In this document: positions 1 to 12,200 of the stretch, piece by piece
How the letters are laid out: each line of letters opens with the position of its first letter
Numbering within the stretch: the first letter of the stretch is position 1
Origin: Diplonema japonicum
Lineage: Eukaryota > Protista > Euglenozoa: Diplonemea
Reading direction: 5' to 3'
NCBI GenBank assembly: GCA_964019335.1
Contig: OZ025713.1
Coordinates: 248,001-312,000, forward strand
DNA: 64,000 nucleotides
The notes under the pieces: generated by a model
Databases searched by the model: none
Told to the model about the DNA's origin: nothing
Seen by the model: only the letters and a program-made list of their open reading frames with translations
Program-made: the position numbers and the translations under genes

Positions 1-390
1 GCAGCTGGAATGAGTGGCGCTATGCGCTTATTGGTGTGGATGCGTTCTAGTGCCGCTATCACCCGGCCTATGACACGCGCGCTCTCCTGGATGTCCTCAC
101 CCTCTCCACAAGGCGAGAGTCCCTCTGTGGCAATGAAGTCCACGGCCAGCTCAAGCCTGGAGACCTGTCCACCTGTTGTGCCCCAGTGAAGGGCCGAGAG
201 CCATCGGATGACGTGCGGGAATAGCCGCGGGAGGTACTGTTGCCTCAAACCGTTGTCGTAGTACCACCTCAGTGACCGTGGCTTGAGCAAACTCCCCTTC
301 TCGAAGGGCCTGTTCCACAGGTGAACACTGAAGTCCACTGTCTTCTTTCGTGCAAAGGCGAGTTGCAAGTTACCAGTAATCTCCGCCATC
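1..390 (-). mobile_element. Decayed LINE C-terminal fragment, running off the window edge
   Basis: Minus-strand translation ...VIRWLSALHWG...SRLELAVDF... matches the WL..L.W...ELAIDFE motif in the C-terminal domain of the LINE at 29430-30014. Confidence 0.6.
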
Positions 391-534
391 ATTAGCTGTA
401 ACTCAGCAGTTTCCAGCATGAGTCCCCCCGTCGCAATGCCATGCAGTTGTGTGCACCGTGGCCACTGGTTACGTTGTGCGCATAGCGCCGCCCGCTTCTC
501 GGATGCTGTCCTGATGTGCTCGTGTGCCTGACAG

Positions 535-565
<31 letters not shown>

Positions 566-575
566 CTCACCCCCT

Positions 576-835
576 CCTAAGCATAGCTGTGAAACGAATC
601 GGTTCGCGCACATTTTCGCATTTTCAACTCTGAACCCAAATTTTTCGCAAGACGATTCGCATTTTCGCATCATTATATGCGAAAATAGTACAAACTAGGT
701 GAAAACTATGTACTTCTGTTGGCCCGATGGCACTCAGGCACGAACCCCCGGCAACCTTCCTCCACAAACCAAAGGATTACTACTACTGCGAAAATATGAT
801 ATCGAAAACCGATTCGCATCACTACTATGCCTAGG
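576..835. mobile_element. MITE-like element with about 29-bp imperfect TIRs
   Basis: cctaagcatagctgtgaaacgaatcggtt at the left; the reverse complement of the right end is cctaggcatagtagtgatgcgaatcggtt; non-coding interior. Confidence 0.6.
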
Positions 836-935
836 GCTATGATGGCATGGAAACGCGTTTCCATGCATTTTTTTGAAAAAAAAGGAAAACGGAAACGGAA
901 ACGTTTCCTTAAGTTTCCTGCCAGCATAGGCCTGG
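831..935. repeat. Short TIR repeat containing the palindrome gcatggaaacgcgtttccatgc; inverted copy at about 46920-47000
   Basis: ggctatgatggca...tgccagcatagg ends; near-identical reverse-complement copy at 46920-47000. Confidence 0.6.
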
Positions 936-1105
936 GGGGGGGGGGGGGGGGGGGGGGTCACACGCCCTTTAAAAACGTAAAAAGAAAATGAAAAAAAAAA
1001 GTTTTTAAAAACAAATCTTTTCTAAGAGGAAAAACAACAAAAAAAAAAAAAAAAACACTCAAATATATAGCACAACTTTTTTTTTTTTTTTTTTTTTTCC
1101 CCCGT

Positions 1106-2152
1106 TCACGCACGCGCCATCATATAAGCCCGTGTCCGCTCGGCGGTCTCCGCCACCTCCTGCGCCCCAGACGACCCAAACGTATCGATGACCCGCGAAA
1201 TAATACCAGGTAGCACCGTGTTGCAAATACACGTTATATTCGTGACAAGCAAACCCCCAGCAGGAGAATTATGGTAGAGAAGGACAGACTTCACCGTCTT
1301 TGTAGAATCGTTGTACGCAACATGCCTCTTAGTCCGCTCCAAAAGCAGCGCATGATGAACGGCAACACCATCATTCAAAGTAGCCGCCAGCCGCGGGTAG
1401 TTCTCCATCGGTATCACAGAAACCTTCAACTGTATCGTAACCTTGTAAATCACGGCAATAACAGTCTTGGTGAATCTAAAAGTATCTGCTTCTTTGGTGT
1501 CGGTCCACACATATGGATTTGCAGGTTGGCAAGCTTTCTGATATGCCACATTACTAACTAGTGAGGGTGTGAAGTCCTCCGCCCTTATTGGCGTCGGCAT
1601 CGCATACTGTGCCTTATTCAGTATAACTACGTATTTCCCGGCTTCTGTTGGGTTAAGGATATCGATGGGCACCGACTGAATGGGGTCGGTGAAGGATGAC
1701 AAGTTGATGAAGTTCGAGATGTATTTGAGTTTGTCGGGGGCGAGCTCTGACCCGGGGCAACATAGGAATGCGTAGATGGAGCCGCCCGACGCCAGGGTGG
1801 TTAGATTTTCTGGTGTATGAAAGTCCCATTCGTGGGTAATGGTTGCTTTGCACGACATATTCGTGAAGCTCCCGATGGTGTCCGGGATTTTCTTTTGGTT
1901 TTCCGTGATGGTGCTGCGTGGTACTGTGTCCAGCGACATGCACGATTCAAATCCTATTTCGCTGTCTCCCCCTACAGGTGTTCCTGCTATAGGTGTGTCG
2001 TAACCTGACAAAAGCGGGTGTGTGGTGCTTTCGCTGCACGGGCGGTCCGGGTCGGTCGCATCGTTATTCGCTTCTTCCATGCCCCCCACTACCACGTGAT
2101 TGCTCAGGTATTCGTTGTGTTTTCTGTTTTGGCAGCAACACTTACTTCCCAT
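1106..2152 (-). CDS. Hypothetical protein with N-terminal myristoylation/palmitoylation signal; possible START/SRPBCC-like C-terminus
   Basis: 348-aa ORF; MGSKCCC N-terminus; C-terminal beta strands followed by a long helix (the fold is a guess). Confidence 0.7.
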   Translation of the reverse strand: MGSKCCCQNRKHNEYLSNHVVVGGMEEANNDATDPDRPCSESTTHPLLSGYDTPIAGTPVGGDSEIGFESCMSLDTVPRSTITENQKKIPDTIGSFTNMSCKATITHEWDFHTPENLTTLASGGSIYAFLCCPGSELAPDKLKYISNFINLSSFTDPIQSVPIDILNPTEAGKYVVILNKAQYAMPTPIRAEDFTPSLVSNVAYQKACQPANPYVWTDTKEADTFRFTKTVIAVIYKVTIQLKVSVIPMENYPRLAATLNDGVAVHHALLLERTKRHVAYNDSTKTVKSVLLYHNSPAGGLLVTNITCICNTVLPGIISRVIDTFGSSGAQEVAETAERTRAYMMARA

Positions 2153-2439
2153 GTAAGATCTGTGCGATCTTTTTTTTTCTTTTCCCCCCCGCCCCGCGAG
2201 TTTCCGTCTGTTCTAACGCCACCTTTAACGTGTTGTTGAGCAAAGAAGAAAAAAAAAAAGTAAAATAAAAAGAAGAAAGGCCAAATGAAAAATTGCACCG
2301 TATTTCCGGAAGAAAAAAAAAAGAAAAAAAAAAAAAAAAAACTCACACATTTTGATGAAGTACTTTAAGATAATCGAAAAATAGTGTATATGTCTCTCCT
2401 GGAAAGAAGAGTGTAAGGTAGATATATATAAAAAAAAAT

Positions 2440-2590
2440 TCAAATTAACATGCAAGCCCCTAAGACGAAAGCCGCATGCCCTAAAAAGGGATATCTCTCA
2501 GTTTCGGTCAAAATCTCGCGATTCCCCCAGGTGCTGACCTCTTCAGGCGACAGGCTAGCGTCCCAGCAGGTTGGAGTACTTTTCCCGACC
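2440..2590 (-). ncRNA. Repeated structured RNA element, short variant (hammerhead-like core)
   Basis: Homologous to 5280-5472 and 38221-38379; CTGAAGA-GGTCA...TGACC-GAAAC on the minus strand. Confidence 0.45.
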
Positions 2591-2610
2591 GGAAAAGAAA
2601 AAAAAAAGAA

Positions 2611-2664
2611 ATATATATGAGTTAAAGGAAGTCTTTGTGAGACGCCCCCTTGTTCTCATCTTCT
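2611..2664 (-). mobile_element. LINE 3'-terminal stub (stem-loop plus T-rich tail)
   Basis: Near-identical to 20197-20250 and 28421-28475; the latter directly follows a LINE C-terminal ORF. Confidence 0.7.
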
Positions 2665-2808
2665 CAAAAAAAAAGGAATTTTTTAAAAAGTTTTCTTTCT
2701 TTTTTTTTTTTTTTTTTTTTTTTTTTCTTTCGTTCTACTAACATCACTGCGGGGTTTTCTTCCAAAAGACCCCAACAATTTTTTTTTTTTTTTTTTTTTT
2801 TTGGAAAT

Positions 2809-3825
2809 CTACCCGGCTCTGCCTCGCGTCTCCATCGAGTTTTCCACAGGACTGCCTACGTTCGTAGACATGGAGCTGGAGCCTATGGTGAGCAGTTTCT
2901 TCCTTTTAAACCTGGTATTCCAATCAAAAACCCAATCACAAACCGCCCCATCCGCCTCCATGGCCTGCTTGAAAATACTTCGTAAGAAAGCGTAATCGGG
3001 TTTATCGGAGAAGTTAAGGGACCGCACGTGCGTGTGAAACTTTTTGAAAACAGGGTTAACAGATCGATAGAGCACCTCAGATGGCGCGGACTTTCTCTCC
3101 CAGATTTGCAGTTCTGCGTCTGACCCAAGGTTCATCCAGGTCAACCGACCACTTTTCACAAAGTACAACAAAACCCATAAGATCGACTCTAAATCATCCC
3201 TCCTTGCCTGTTCTAATCCGTTATGGGTCCATGTTGAACAGTAACGCAGTGTGCCTACCAAAGCTTTTCCGTCTTTGAAAGGGATGTGCTCGTTGTGGCT
3301 GAGGTACGATTTCGACAAACCGAAATCGCATAAGTATAATCTGTGTGTTTTGTTTTTGGTTCCCATGAGCATGTTTTCCGGTTTTAAGTCGCGGTGTATA
3401 AGACCTGCAGAGTGGAACGCTTCCACTCTTCGAAACATCTGTTCCGCGAGCATGCAAATCGTTTTCGTTGTGAATTTCCTCCCGCAATAGTTGAACAGGG
3501 TTTCGATGTTGGGGCCGAGGAGCGTGATCACGATGAGATTTGAAGCGTACTCGAATTTCTGGAAGAGCAGCTTAGGGAAACCTTTAGAGTCGGAACTCTC
3601 CAACCGTTGGTAGACCCTGACCTCGTTCATCAGAGCTGGCCGAACACAGTTCGCCTGTTCTATCTTAACCGCCACGGAGCACTTGTCCTTGGTGTCCATC
3701 GCGATGCACACAGTACCGAACGCCCCGCGATCCAGCTTCTTCAAGACCGTGTACCTCCCTCCGATCGTTGATCTACCCTGCATCAGATCCTCATTTTTCG
3801 TTGTTTTCTTTTGCCGGATACTCAT
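2809..3825 (-). CDS. CK1: Casein kinase 1 family Ser/Thr kinase
   Basis: GAFG, VAVK, LLGPNIE, HRDLKPEN, DFGLSK, LVGTLRY, EQARRDDLES, FDW motifs typical of CK1. Confidence 0.93.
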   Translation of the reverse strand: MSIRQKKTTKNEDLMQGRSTIGGRYTVLKKLDRGAFGTVCIAMDTKDKCSVAVKIEQANCVRPALMNEVRVYQRLESSDSKGFPKLLFQKFEYASNLIVITLLGPNIETLFNYCGRKFTTKTICMLAEQMFRRVEAFHSAGLIHRDLKPENMLMGTKNKTHRLYLCDFGLSKSYLSHNEHIPFKDGKALVGTLRYCSTWTHNGLEQARRDDLESILWVLLYFVKSGRLTWMNLGSDAELQIWERKSAPSEVLYRSVNPVFKKFHTHVRSLNFSDKPDYAFLRSIFKQAMEADGAVCDWVFDWNTRFKRKKLLTIGSSSMSTNVGSPVENSMETRGRAG

Positions 3826-3895
3826 TTTTTTTTTTCTCCCTTATTTTTTGGGGGATCCCCCCTCTTCCCATTTTTTTTTTAAATATTTCTTTTTG

Positions 3896-3934
<39 letters not shown>

Positions 3935-3943
3935 AGGAATGTC

Positions 3944-4753
3944 CTAAAACATAGCAAGAACATCGCTGAAGGGCACAGGAATAGGGATGATATGCTCCTG
4001 CAGTGAAGGGTCGTCGGCAATGCACTCCTCAGGACACGCGTTGACACGGTACAATTTTGCCTTGCAGTGGGGGTCCGCTTGGTGCATGTCGCGTAACACC
4101 TCTTCGGTCTCCACCCGAATGGCAGGCACTACTGTACCACAGCCTACTTCGACGATGACAAGCCGAACACCGCTGCTAGCTTCCATTCTCGCCTCCCAAT
4201 CTTGGTACATCCCACCCATGTAGGGAGTGGTCTTACAATAATCGTCGGCAAACATAACAATATGAGGACGGGGCAGCCCTCCGCAGGTGGGGCATTTCTC
4301 CGGAAATGTTTCACTCGGAAATATCTCGCAGAGGGTGCTGTCCATACACTGCCACTCTGTTATGTTACCGTGTATTTCCGTAACACGGTCGCGGGGGAAC
4401 CCGGCTTTGAGAAAGTGAGCGTCAACGTTCGAGGTGTAAACATGGTAGTCTTTGCTGTTTAACCGTTCTTTTATTTTGGAATAGCCTGCGTGTGGTGTTG
4501 CCTTGCCGTACATCTCGGCACATCCCGACCAGAACGGGACGAAGACGCGTTCCCTATCCTCGCCCCTCCCCCAGATCGGCCGGCAGACCTCTGCATAAGT
4601 TAGCTGTTCCCCGCCGTACTCCTTCGCCTTGTAAAAAGTGCTGTCTTTGTAAGTTGGCAGCCCTGACTCCGCACTCCACCCAGCACCCGTTGCCAAAATC
4701 ACATGTGTGGCATCTTCCAGGTCCGAGAGAAGTTGCGCAACCCGTTCCTGCAT
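3944..4753 (-). CDS. Sirtuin (SIR2-family NAD-dependent deacylase)
   Basis: TGAGWSAESGLP, TSNVDAHF, EIHGN, CxxxxxC...CPTC zinc module, RPHIVMF, VGCG; likely start MQERV at 4753. Confidence 0.9.
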   Translation of the reverse strand: MQERVAQLLSDLEDATHVILATGAGWSAESGLPTYKDSTFYKAKEYGGEQLTYAEVCRPIWGRGEDRERVFVPFWSGCAEMYGKATPHAGYSKIKERLNSKDYHVYTSNVDAHFLKAGFPRDRVTEIHGNITEWQCMDSTLCEIFPSETFPEKCPTCGGLPRPHIVMFADDYCKTTPYMGGMYQDWEARMEASSGVRLVIVEVGCGTVVPAIRVETEEVLRDMHQADPHCKAKLYRVNACPEECIADDPSLQEHIIPIPVPFSDVLAMF

Positions 4754-5207
4754 TTTTTTTTTTTTTTTTTTTTTTTGTGCCTTCATCTTTTTTTCTTTTT
4801 TTTGGTGTGCATGGGGGGGTGCTCACAGTGAAAAAAAAGGGGGAAGCGTAAAAAAAGGGGGGGGGGAGAAAAGGGGACAAAAAAAAAAAAGAAGAAGAAG
4901 AAAGTCAAATTCAGCACGTCTTGGCTCTGCATTGGAGATGTACAATGGAATAAAGTAGTACTAGGTATCTCTCAGGCATCTTGCAACTCCTCCAGGTTCA
5001 AGGGCTCCCACCGTGGCAGGTTGTTGCCAACGTTCCATTGAAGATCAGAAAGAAGTCTACTCTGCGTGACTTTGGTGGTTGTGCAGCCCACCCTTAGGTA
5101 AAAGCTTAAAAAATAAAAGTTCCATCCATTACCTGCAACCTATGTCAAAAAAAGAAAGATAAGAAACCAGATTCTTTTCCGGCTGACTATCGCACCTTAA
5201 GGGGCTG

Positions 5208-5240
<33 letters not shown>

Positions 5241-5279
5241 GAAAATTCACTATGGTAGGGCCCACTAAAAAAAAAAAAC

Positions 5280-5472
5280 TCAAATTAACATGCAAACCCC
5301 TAAAGCGAAGGCCGCATGCCCTAAAAAGGAAGGGGGTATGGTCAGTACTAGGTAGCTCTCAGTTTCGATCTAATCTTGCGACTCCTCCAAGTGCTGATCT
5401 CTTCAGGCAAGTAGCACCCTTCATTGGCTCCTACTAGTGTCCCAGCGGGTATGGAGAGTACTTTTGCCGACC
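5280..5472 (-). ncRNA. Repeated structured RNA element, long variant
   Basis: Near-identical to 38221-38379; CTGAAGA-GATC...GATC-GAAAC core; 3' catgc/gcatg hairpin followed by a T-tract. Confidence 0.45.
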
Positions 5473-5475
5473 ACG

Positions 5476-5512
<37 letters not shown>

Positions 5513-5559
5513 ACTAAAAAGAAAAAAAAGAAAGAAAAAAGGCTTTTTTCCTAAGGGAA

Positions 5560-5950
5560 ATTTTAACAGTTTTTCTCCCAGGCTGTGGAGAACCCACAAA
5601 CGTTGCAGACAAACCGCCTGGTTTTGGCGTTAGGTGGTAGAGGCTTGAGAAGCTGCAAGGGCTTGGGAGGCTGCTGGAGTCTCGTCAGGTGCAGTCCATT
5701 GTAACACCCGCAATAACATTCTGTGCTGCCTTGTCTAAAGGGTCCGACCCCTTCAAAGTGCTTACTTCGCTAAGTGCGCTTATCTGTATGGTCTCCTCGG
5801 AACTACCTGGAAGGTAGCCGCGAGACCGCATACAGCTAAAGGTGCCGAGCAGTTGCATGACCTTCTCATGTGCCTGCCCTACCCACAGTGCCACGTTGAT
5901 TCGGCGCTCTGCTGCAGTCATCAACCAACGTCCCGCTTGGGGCATGCAGC
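5560..5950 (-). mobile_element. Decayed LINE C-terminal fragment (divergent family)
   Basis: Degenerate similarity to the LINE C-terminal domain (ISALSEV...KAAQ..., then AKTRRF on the minus strand). Confidence 0.35.
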
Positions 5951-6279
5951 AGCCCCCCCCCCTAACCCCTCAAAATGGCGGAGGTCTGAATCGCCGGTGC
6001 CACACAGCAGCAGCCTCACAAATATGTACTTTTCCTTGATTGTTATATGTACTTATAAAATATAGCGCGCATTCGACGACTGATCAAGCGACTGGCACCT
6101 TCCGAAGAAGGGCCTCCCACGTCCGCCGTACTTATCTACCCCCTTTCAAAAAAAAAAACTCATAGTAAAAGACAATCCCACTTTGAGGACAGCCTCAAAA
6201 AAAGAGCGAAACAAAGTTGGCGCTCCCCCCCCAAAAAAAAAAGTCAAAAATCCTGGTGAGTTTCCATCCACTTTCGTTC

Positions 6280-9200
6280 CTATTGCTTGCCCTCTGCAGG
6301 GGGCATGGCAACTGTAGTGTCTGAGAACATCCTTCTCCCATCAGGGAAGTTGGAGTGCGCAGAGTGCACAAGGCCACATTTCCCCGGCATGGGCCGCATA
6401 CCCTGCAGGACCGTCTTGACGCTGATGGTGTCTCTGATATCAGCCTTCCAACACAGCCCCAAGGCAGGATCAGCAGAAATCTGAACAGGCGATGCCGAGC
6501 GGGACAACTCCTTCCAGATGACCAGCCTAGCGGTGGAGGGATCTTCCGCACTGCCGCGGCACCAGTTTTTCGGAACACATCTCACATAGTCCAGAGGAGG
6601 CGGGGTTGGGGTGGTGGTCGCAACAACGCCCCCAGCAACGAAATCTTCATTCGGCGGGAGGGGTTCCCAGAGGAACAGGGGGTTTGCGGTCTGTAGCTGC
6701 CAGCACAGGGAGTACCCGGTGGGGTGCGGGAACCTTGGTGCGATCCACGCGTCGATCTCCTTGTTCTTTGCAAACCAGTAGGAACTGTCATCGGTGATCT
6801 GCCACACCTTGCATGGAAGCGAAACCATTTTCTGAAGGTTTTGAGACGCTAGGTTCACGCACTTGTCGGTTCTTGTCGGCTCATTCAAAGATGGGCGGAC
6901 GTAATCACCAAAACGAAGCAGCCGCGCGTTCTTCGCAGTGAGGCTCCCAGTATCCAGGTTCGCGCTCCAGACAGACGTACACGCGTCGCAAGCGGTTCCT
7001 GTGCTGTTCCATTTCTCGTTGTACGATGCGAACACAGCGTCGATTCTAAACCGCCTGTTGGACGAGATCAAGTCGGGTATGTTCTTCATGGGTTCCACAG
7101 TTGTCGTTTGTTCTTTTTGCGCCCCGCTCACAGGTTTCGGTGCTGCTCCTGTTTTGTACATTGTGCAGCCCTTGCCGACCATCTCTAACAGTTCGCGTTT
7201 CTCTTCAGGGGTGATCGCGAAGTGCTTCTTGACAAGCTCTCTTGTTAGTACAGAGTCTTGCTTGTTGCTTTTTGTGAGCTGTTGGAATACCTTCGATACA
7301 GATTTCGCCCAAGCGTCGTTGTGCCCTCTGCTCAAGCCCAGCCAGCGAACTCCCGCCATAACGTCGTCTTGCGTCAACGTTCCATTCCCCTTTTGGTCGA
7401 GGGCGTCGAAGAGTGCGTTTGGATCCTCGAGGTCGCCGTTCACCAGCATCGCCATTTTAAACTTCGAGATGACAGAGTTCACCTGTAACATGCTGTACTC
7501 CGCTTCCTCCGTTAGAACCATAGCGACGGGTTGCTGAGCCCATGGGACCTTCGGGCGTCTTCGCATACTCTTGTTGCTAACGTAAAACGTCCTCCGACGG
7601 GTTATTGGGTCGTCCTTCAACAGCCTCAGCACCCACAGCATGTCAGGTGTTTTCTGGTTCCCCTGACAGTCGAAGAACTTGAAGCAGGCCTCTGCGGCTC
7701 TCTCGTGGTTCTCGTCGATACCCTGCATCTTCTGTTTTTTGAACGCGTCGTACGCTTTCGTCGTTTGCACAATTGACGTCTCCAAGCACGCCCTCACGTG
7801 CAGCACGTGCAGGGCAATGGGGATGTCCCGCATCGCATCGGTCAGCATCAGAGCCCGGATGTGCTCCGCTTCCTCCAAGCTCAAGGCAACCATGTACCTA
7901 TTCTTCATCAGCCTCAGGTTCTTCATCGATGATACGAGCTTTGCAAACTCGCTGAAGGTCACCATGTCCTCCAGTTCCATGATCGCCTCCGCAGCTACCT
8001 TCAGCTCCATCTTCAACAGCAGGCTCTCAAGCGCATTTTTCGTGATAGCGTCTTTGCGATTCGTGGTGTACAGCTTGAAGGTGTTTTTCAGCTCCGTTTG
8101 CCGATCCGCCCCCATGCTCAGGTCGTCCATCGTATTCAAGGTGTCCGGGACTGGTATCCACTCCAAGTATGTGCTGACGTTCTTCAACCTCTTCGGTTCC
8201 GTTGTGAAAAAGCTTTGCTTCAGGATGAAATTCTTCGACGACAGCAAGAAGGGTGGGAAGGAGAGCGTTTCCCTTTCCAACGGGAACTTACAGAGTGGAT
8301 GGAACTGGTCGCCCGAGGCCTCCTTCAGTGTCTCTATCCTCCATCTGTGGATGGGGGGTCCTGACCTTATGTACTGAAGCTGGTCCGCCATCTCCGGGAC
8401 AGCCTCCGTCTCCTCCTCGTTCTCTGCGTCCTCGTCCATCTCGTTCTCTGCATGCCGCACGGTTTGTTGCTGCTGTGTCTGCTCTGCTTCAGCCTCCGAT
8501 ACCTGTGTGCGGTCCACTCCGGTTGCAGTCGACTCTTCACAAATGCCGGCGCTCGCGACAATCTCATCAGCCCGCACACCCTCTGCATCGCCTAGCATGA
8601 TTAACGCGTCGTTGCATCCCCGTATCCTCTTCAGCTCCGTTTTGAGGCGCTCCTGTTCACTGCCAGGCCTCTTTAGCTGGTTACTCAGATCGACCGTCAC
8701 GGACTCCTGGAGCAGTCGCACCGCAGGCTTCCTTTCCTCCACTGCAGCCTCCATGCCGAGCTTCCTGAACGCTTTCTCCTTCCACAGGTGCGCAAGCAGC
8801 TGCTTCGCCAACAGGGAGCGCTGAGCCTTCTCCGAAGCGATCCCGTTCTTGAGAAGCCACATCAAGAGGTCCATCCTGTCGCAGCCGGAATCAAAGACAG
8901 CGGGGATGAGCTGACTCACGTCTTCCGGCAGGAACACCTCCAAGGTCTGCCCCTTCCCGATCCCCCTCATTCTGTACGCACCTTGTGCATAGTCACGGAA
9001 CACCATATTCTGCGAGATGGTGAGGCAGGCCTTGCTGCTTGGGGACTGCGGGATGTCCATCCCTGTGGTGTGGATATGGTCGTAGAAGGTAAACCTGTCT
9101 GCGAGCGGCAACCCGCTCTGCTTGAGGGGCAGGTCGCGGTACCTCCCGCCGCTGCTCTTCAGCAGTACCATGCGGCGGTCGTCGCAGTCGAGGTACACCA

Positions 9201-12200
9201 CACCACGCTTCGTGAGGCCGAAATCAAACAAAGAAAAGGCCACCTCCCTGTTGGACAGCCCTGTGATGAGCGCACCAGTGTCGATCAGAGCGGAGCAGCT
9301 GGGATCCGTCGCCACCTTCTTCAGCAGCTCTTTCGGGTCTCTTGTCACCTTTGTAACCGTCACCACCAAAGAGCTCGCCAGGGTGTTCACCATCTCTCCG
9401 TCGTCTCCTTCTGCGTACACGCACTCCCCCATCCCGTCAGGAAGGAGGTCGTTTGGCGTCCCAGAGAACCCAACCCTGCGAGAAGACATGAGGTCGGAAG
9501 CCAGCTCCTGACCAGAGGCAGACAGCTGCTTGATGGTTTTTGTCAAGACTTCCGAAAAAGCGCACTCGAACAGGAAGAACCTCATGGCCTCCCAGGAGTT
9601 TTGCAGATACTTCATCAGCACCTTCATCTGGTATGCGTCGTTGAGCTCTACAACAGCTAGCTGCCACATCTCAGAGCGCTGCAGGTTCTCTTCAGCTGTC
9701 TCCCCTTCGATTTTGCGTGGCTGGGTGTTGTTCCGCTTCCCAGCGAGGTATTCCCCGTCCCACGAGTAGCCCTTCACGCACACGCACTCTTGCTTCAACC
9801 AGCTCACGTACGTCATGGCGGCCTCCCTGGTCTGTGCTGGCTTCCGCTCATCCTCTTCGTAGCGCGCCTTCAGCGTGTTCAGAACAGCAAGCAGATCCCG
9901 GTCCCGCAGCCCCTCCTGCAGCATAGAGTGGATGGTGAGGCCGATCGCTATTTCGGGGTGTTGGAACTCGCTGTTCTGAGAGGGAGTATCCTTCCCAACG
10001 AACGGGACTGCAAGAAGCTGGCGGGATCGAGACATGCAAGGTTCCTCTTCGAGCGCCTTCTCCAGCTCCTCGCTTCGGAGGATCCCAAAACCCACACGGT
10101 GCACTTTCGAAAGACAGTGCGGGAGGAAGGTTCTGGCCCATTCATGGGCGAGGTTCAGCATCTTGGAGTCGGAGTCGCCACCAGTTGGTTTCAACTCCCC
10201 GACCCCATCTCTGATGTATTGAATAATCTCCTCCAGTGTCACCCCTGTCACGTAGTTCTTCACCCACTGGGACAGACTGGCGATGATGTGTGGCAGCAAG
10301 GCTGAATCATAGTACCTGCGGTCCAGTATCGCAAGGTGTGGGGTGCTCTGCAGCTTCCCCGCCTCCATTCCATCCTTCAGCGCTTTCTTCAGCTTCATGT
10401 AAATTTGCTGTGCTGAGGGCAACTCCGACAGCTCATGCCTGTCGTTGTTCTTGTAGGCGAAAACGAGCCCGAACAGGTACCAGGGCATCTTGTAGCGCAT
10501 TCCTTCGTACTTCCTGTCAGCCTCGCTTCTCGAGACCGTCAAGTCTATGGGGTGCTTGTCGCCCATTGGCCAGTTCAGCTCAGAGCGCAGTGGGTGCAGC
10601 ACCATGTCAACCTCGTCCAGCAGCATCTCGCTCCTCATCTGCAAGACCTCCAGAACCTTCGCCCCGCACCTTAGCTCTGTCTCGATGTCGGAACATTGAC
10701 GCGCGGCCATCCCCACTTCCTTTGTGCCCTGGATGGTAGACGCGAAGTAGGTGTGTACCTTTCTTGTCATGGAGAAGGTTTCCTTGTGCGCAGCGTGGTC
10801 GGCGTGCACCCTCGCGTCGAAGTCGAGCCTCTCAAAAAGCAAAACGTACTTCAGCAACAACGACTTCAACGCAGCGGGGTGGATCACCATCACTGACTTC
10901 GCGTCCACGGCGCGGTCCAACTTGTCGACAAGATTCTGCGTGATGACCGACGTGCGCTGGAAGTCAAACGACAGCACCGCCTTCGGCATAACAGGTGACG
11001 AGAAGCTGTCCAGCAGCACGGACTTTGAGAACTCCACCAGCGCCTTGGGAATGCAAACCACCACAAGCCTGCTCTTGCCGTTTACACAGTCCCCTTTCAG
11101 CAACGTGAGCAGGGGTGTTAGAACCGTCGTCTTCCCCTGCCCCATGATCATTTGATACACCATGGGGCGAGACTCTTGGATCGTCTCCATAAGCTTCACC
11201 TGCGACTCTCTTAGTAGAATGTTGCTCATGAACTCGAACACCATGTACCTTGGGTTCACAGACAATAACCGACCGTCGTACTCTTCCTTGACGTGGTGGC
11301 GTGCCGCCTTCACTTGCCGAGCCAGGTTCGCACCCATGAGGTGCCCGTTGCCTCCCTTTCTAACAGCGTCTCGCAAGGCGTCTAACGAAATGAGGCAGGA
11401 CCTCACATGCCCCACACGGGATTGATGGTACAGCCACTGCGCTGCTTCTTTCTTGACCTCTTGGTCGATGTGGTCCTCCTCCGAAAGGTACAGCCTCGCG
11501 ATCTTGGACATCCCCAAGTGTGGCTTGGTGCCGGCGATGCGTGCAATCAGTTCCTCGCGCGGGTTCACCTTCTCGATGATTCTGGCCTCGAGATTTTTGA
11601 TTTCTGCCTCATCCTTCGTCTTAAGCTCCTTCAATGTTTCCTCTATTTCGTTGAGTGCAGCGTTCGAGATGGTCCGAAGGAACGGTTCGCTGCGTTCCTG
11701 GCCCTTTCGCTCGTCGATGCTCTTCACGATCCTCTCTGCACCAACAACTTCTCTTGCGTGTTTCTGGAAGGTGTCCACCTCGTGGTTCAGACTCTCCTGC
11801 TTCTCACCGACATGCTCGTCGAGCAGCCGCAGGGGCTTCTGTATGTCGGGGCAGTCTCGCAACACGTGCCTGGCAGCTGATGTATCAGTGATCTTAGGGA
11901 GCACCTTCCACGTAATCACCTTATCCATCCCTTCCATGGTCTTCGCGTTCCTGAACGTATGGAACGCTGTGTCCACAACATCTTGGAGATCTGCAAAGTC
12001 TTGGAGTCTGAGCTTCTTCGTCGAGTGGCTGAGGTTGGGCTCCTTCTTATTGTTGTTGTTGTTGCGTATCTCGTCATTGTGCATTTCGATGGCATGCTTC
12101 ATCACGCTGGCCCTTTCAGGAGCAGCTTGTGAGGCCAATCCAAAATTTGGTAACCAACTAGCTGGACCCCCTTCTTTTTTGTGCGCTTCGTTTTCTTTCT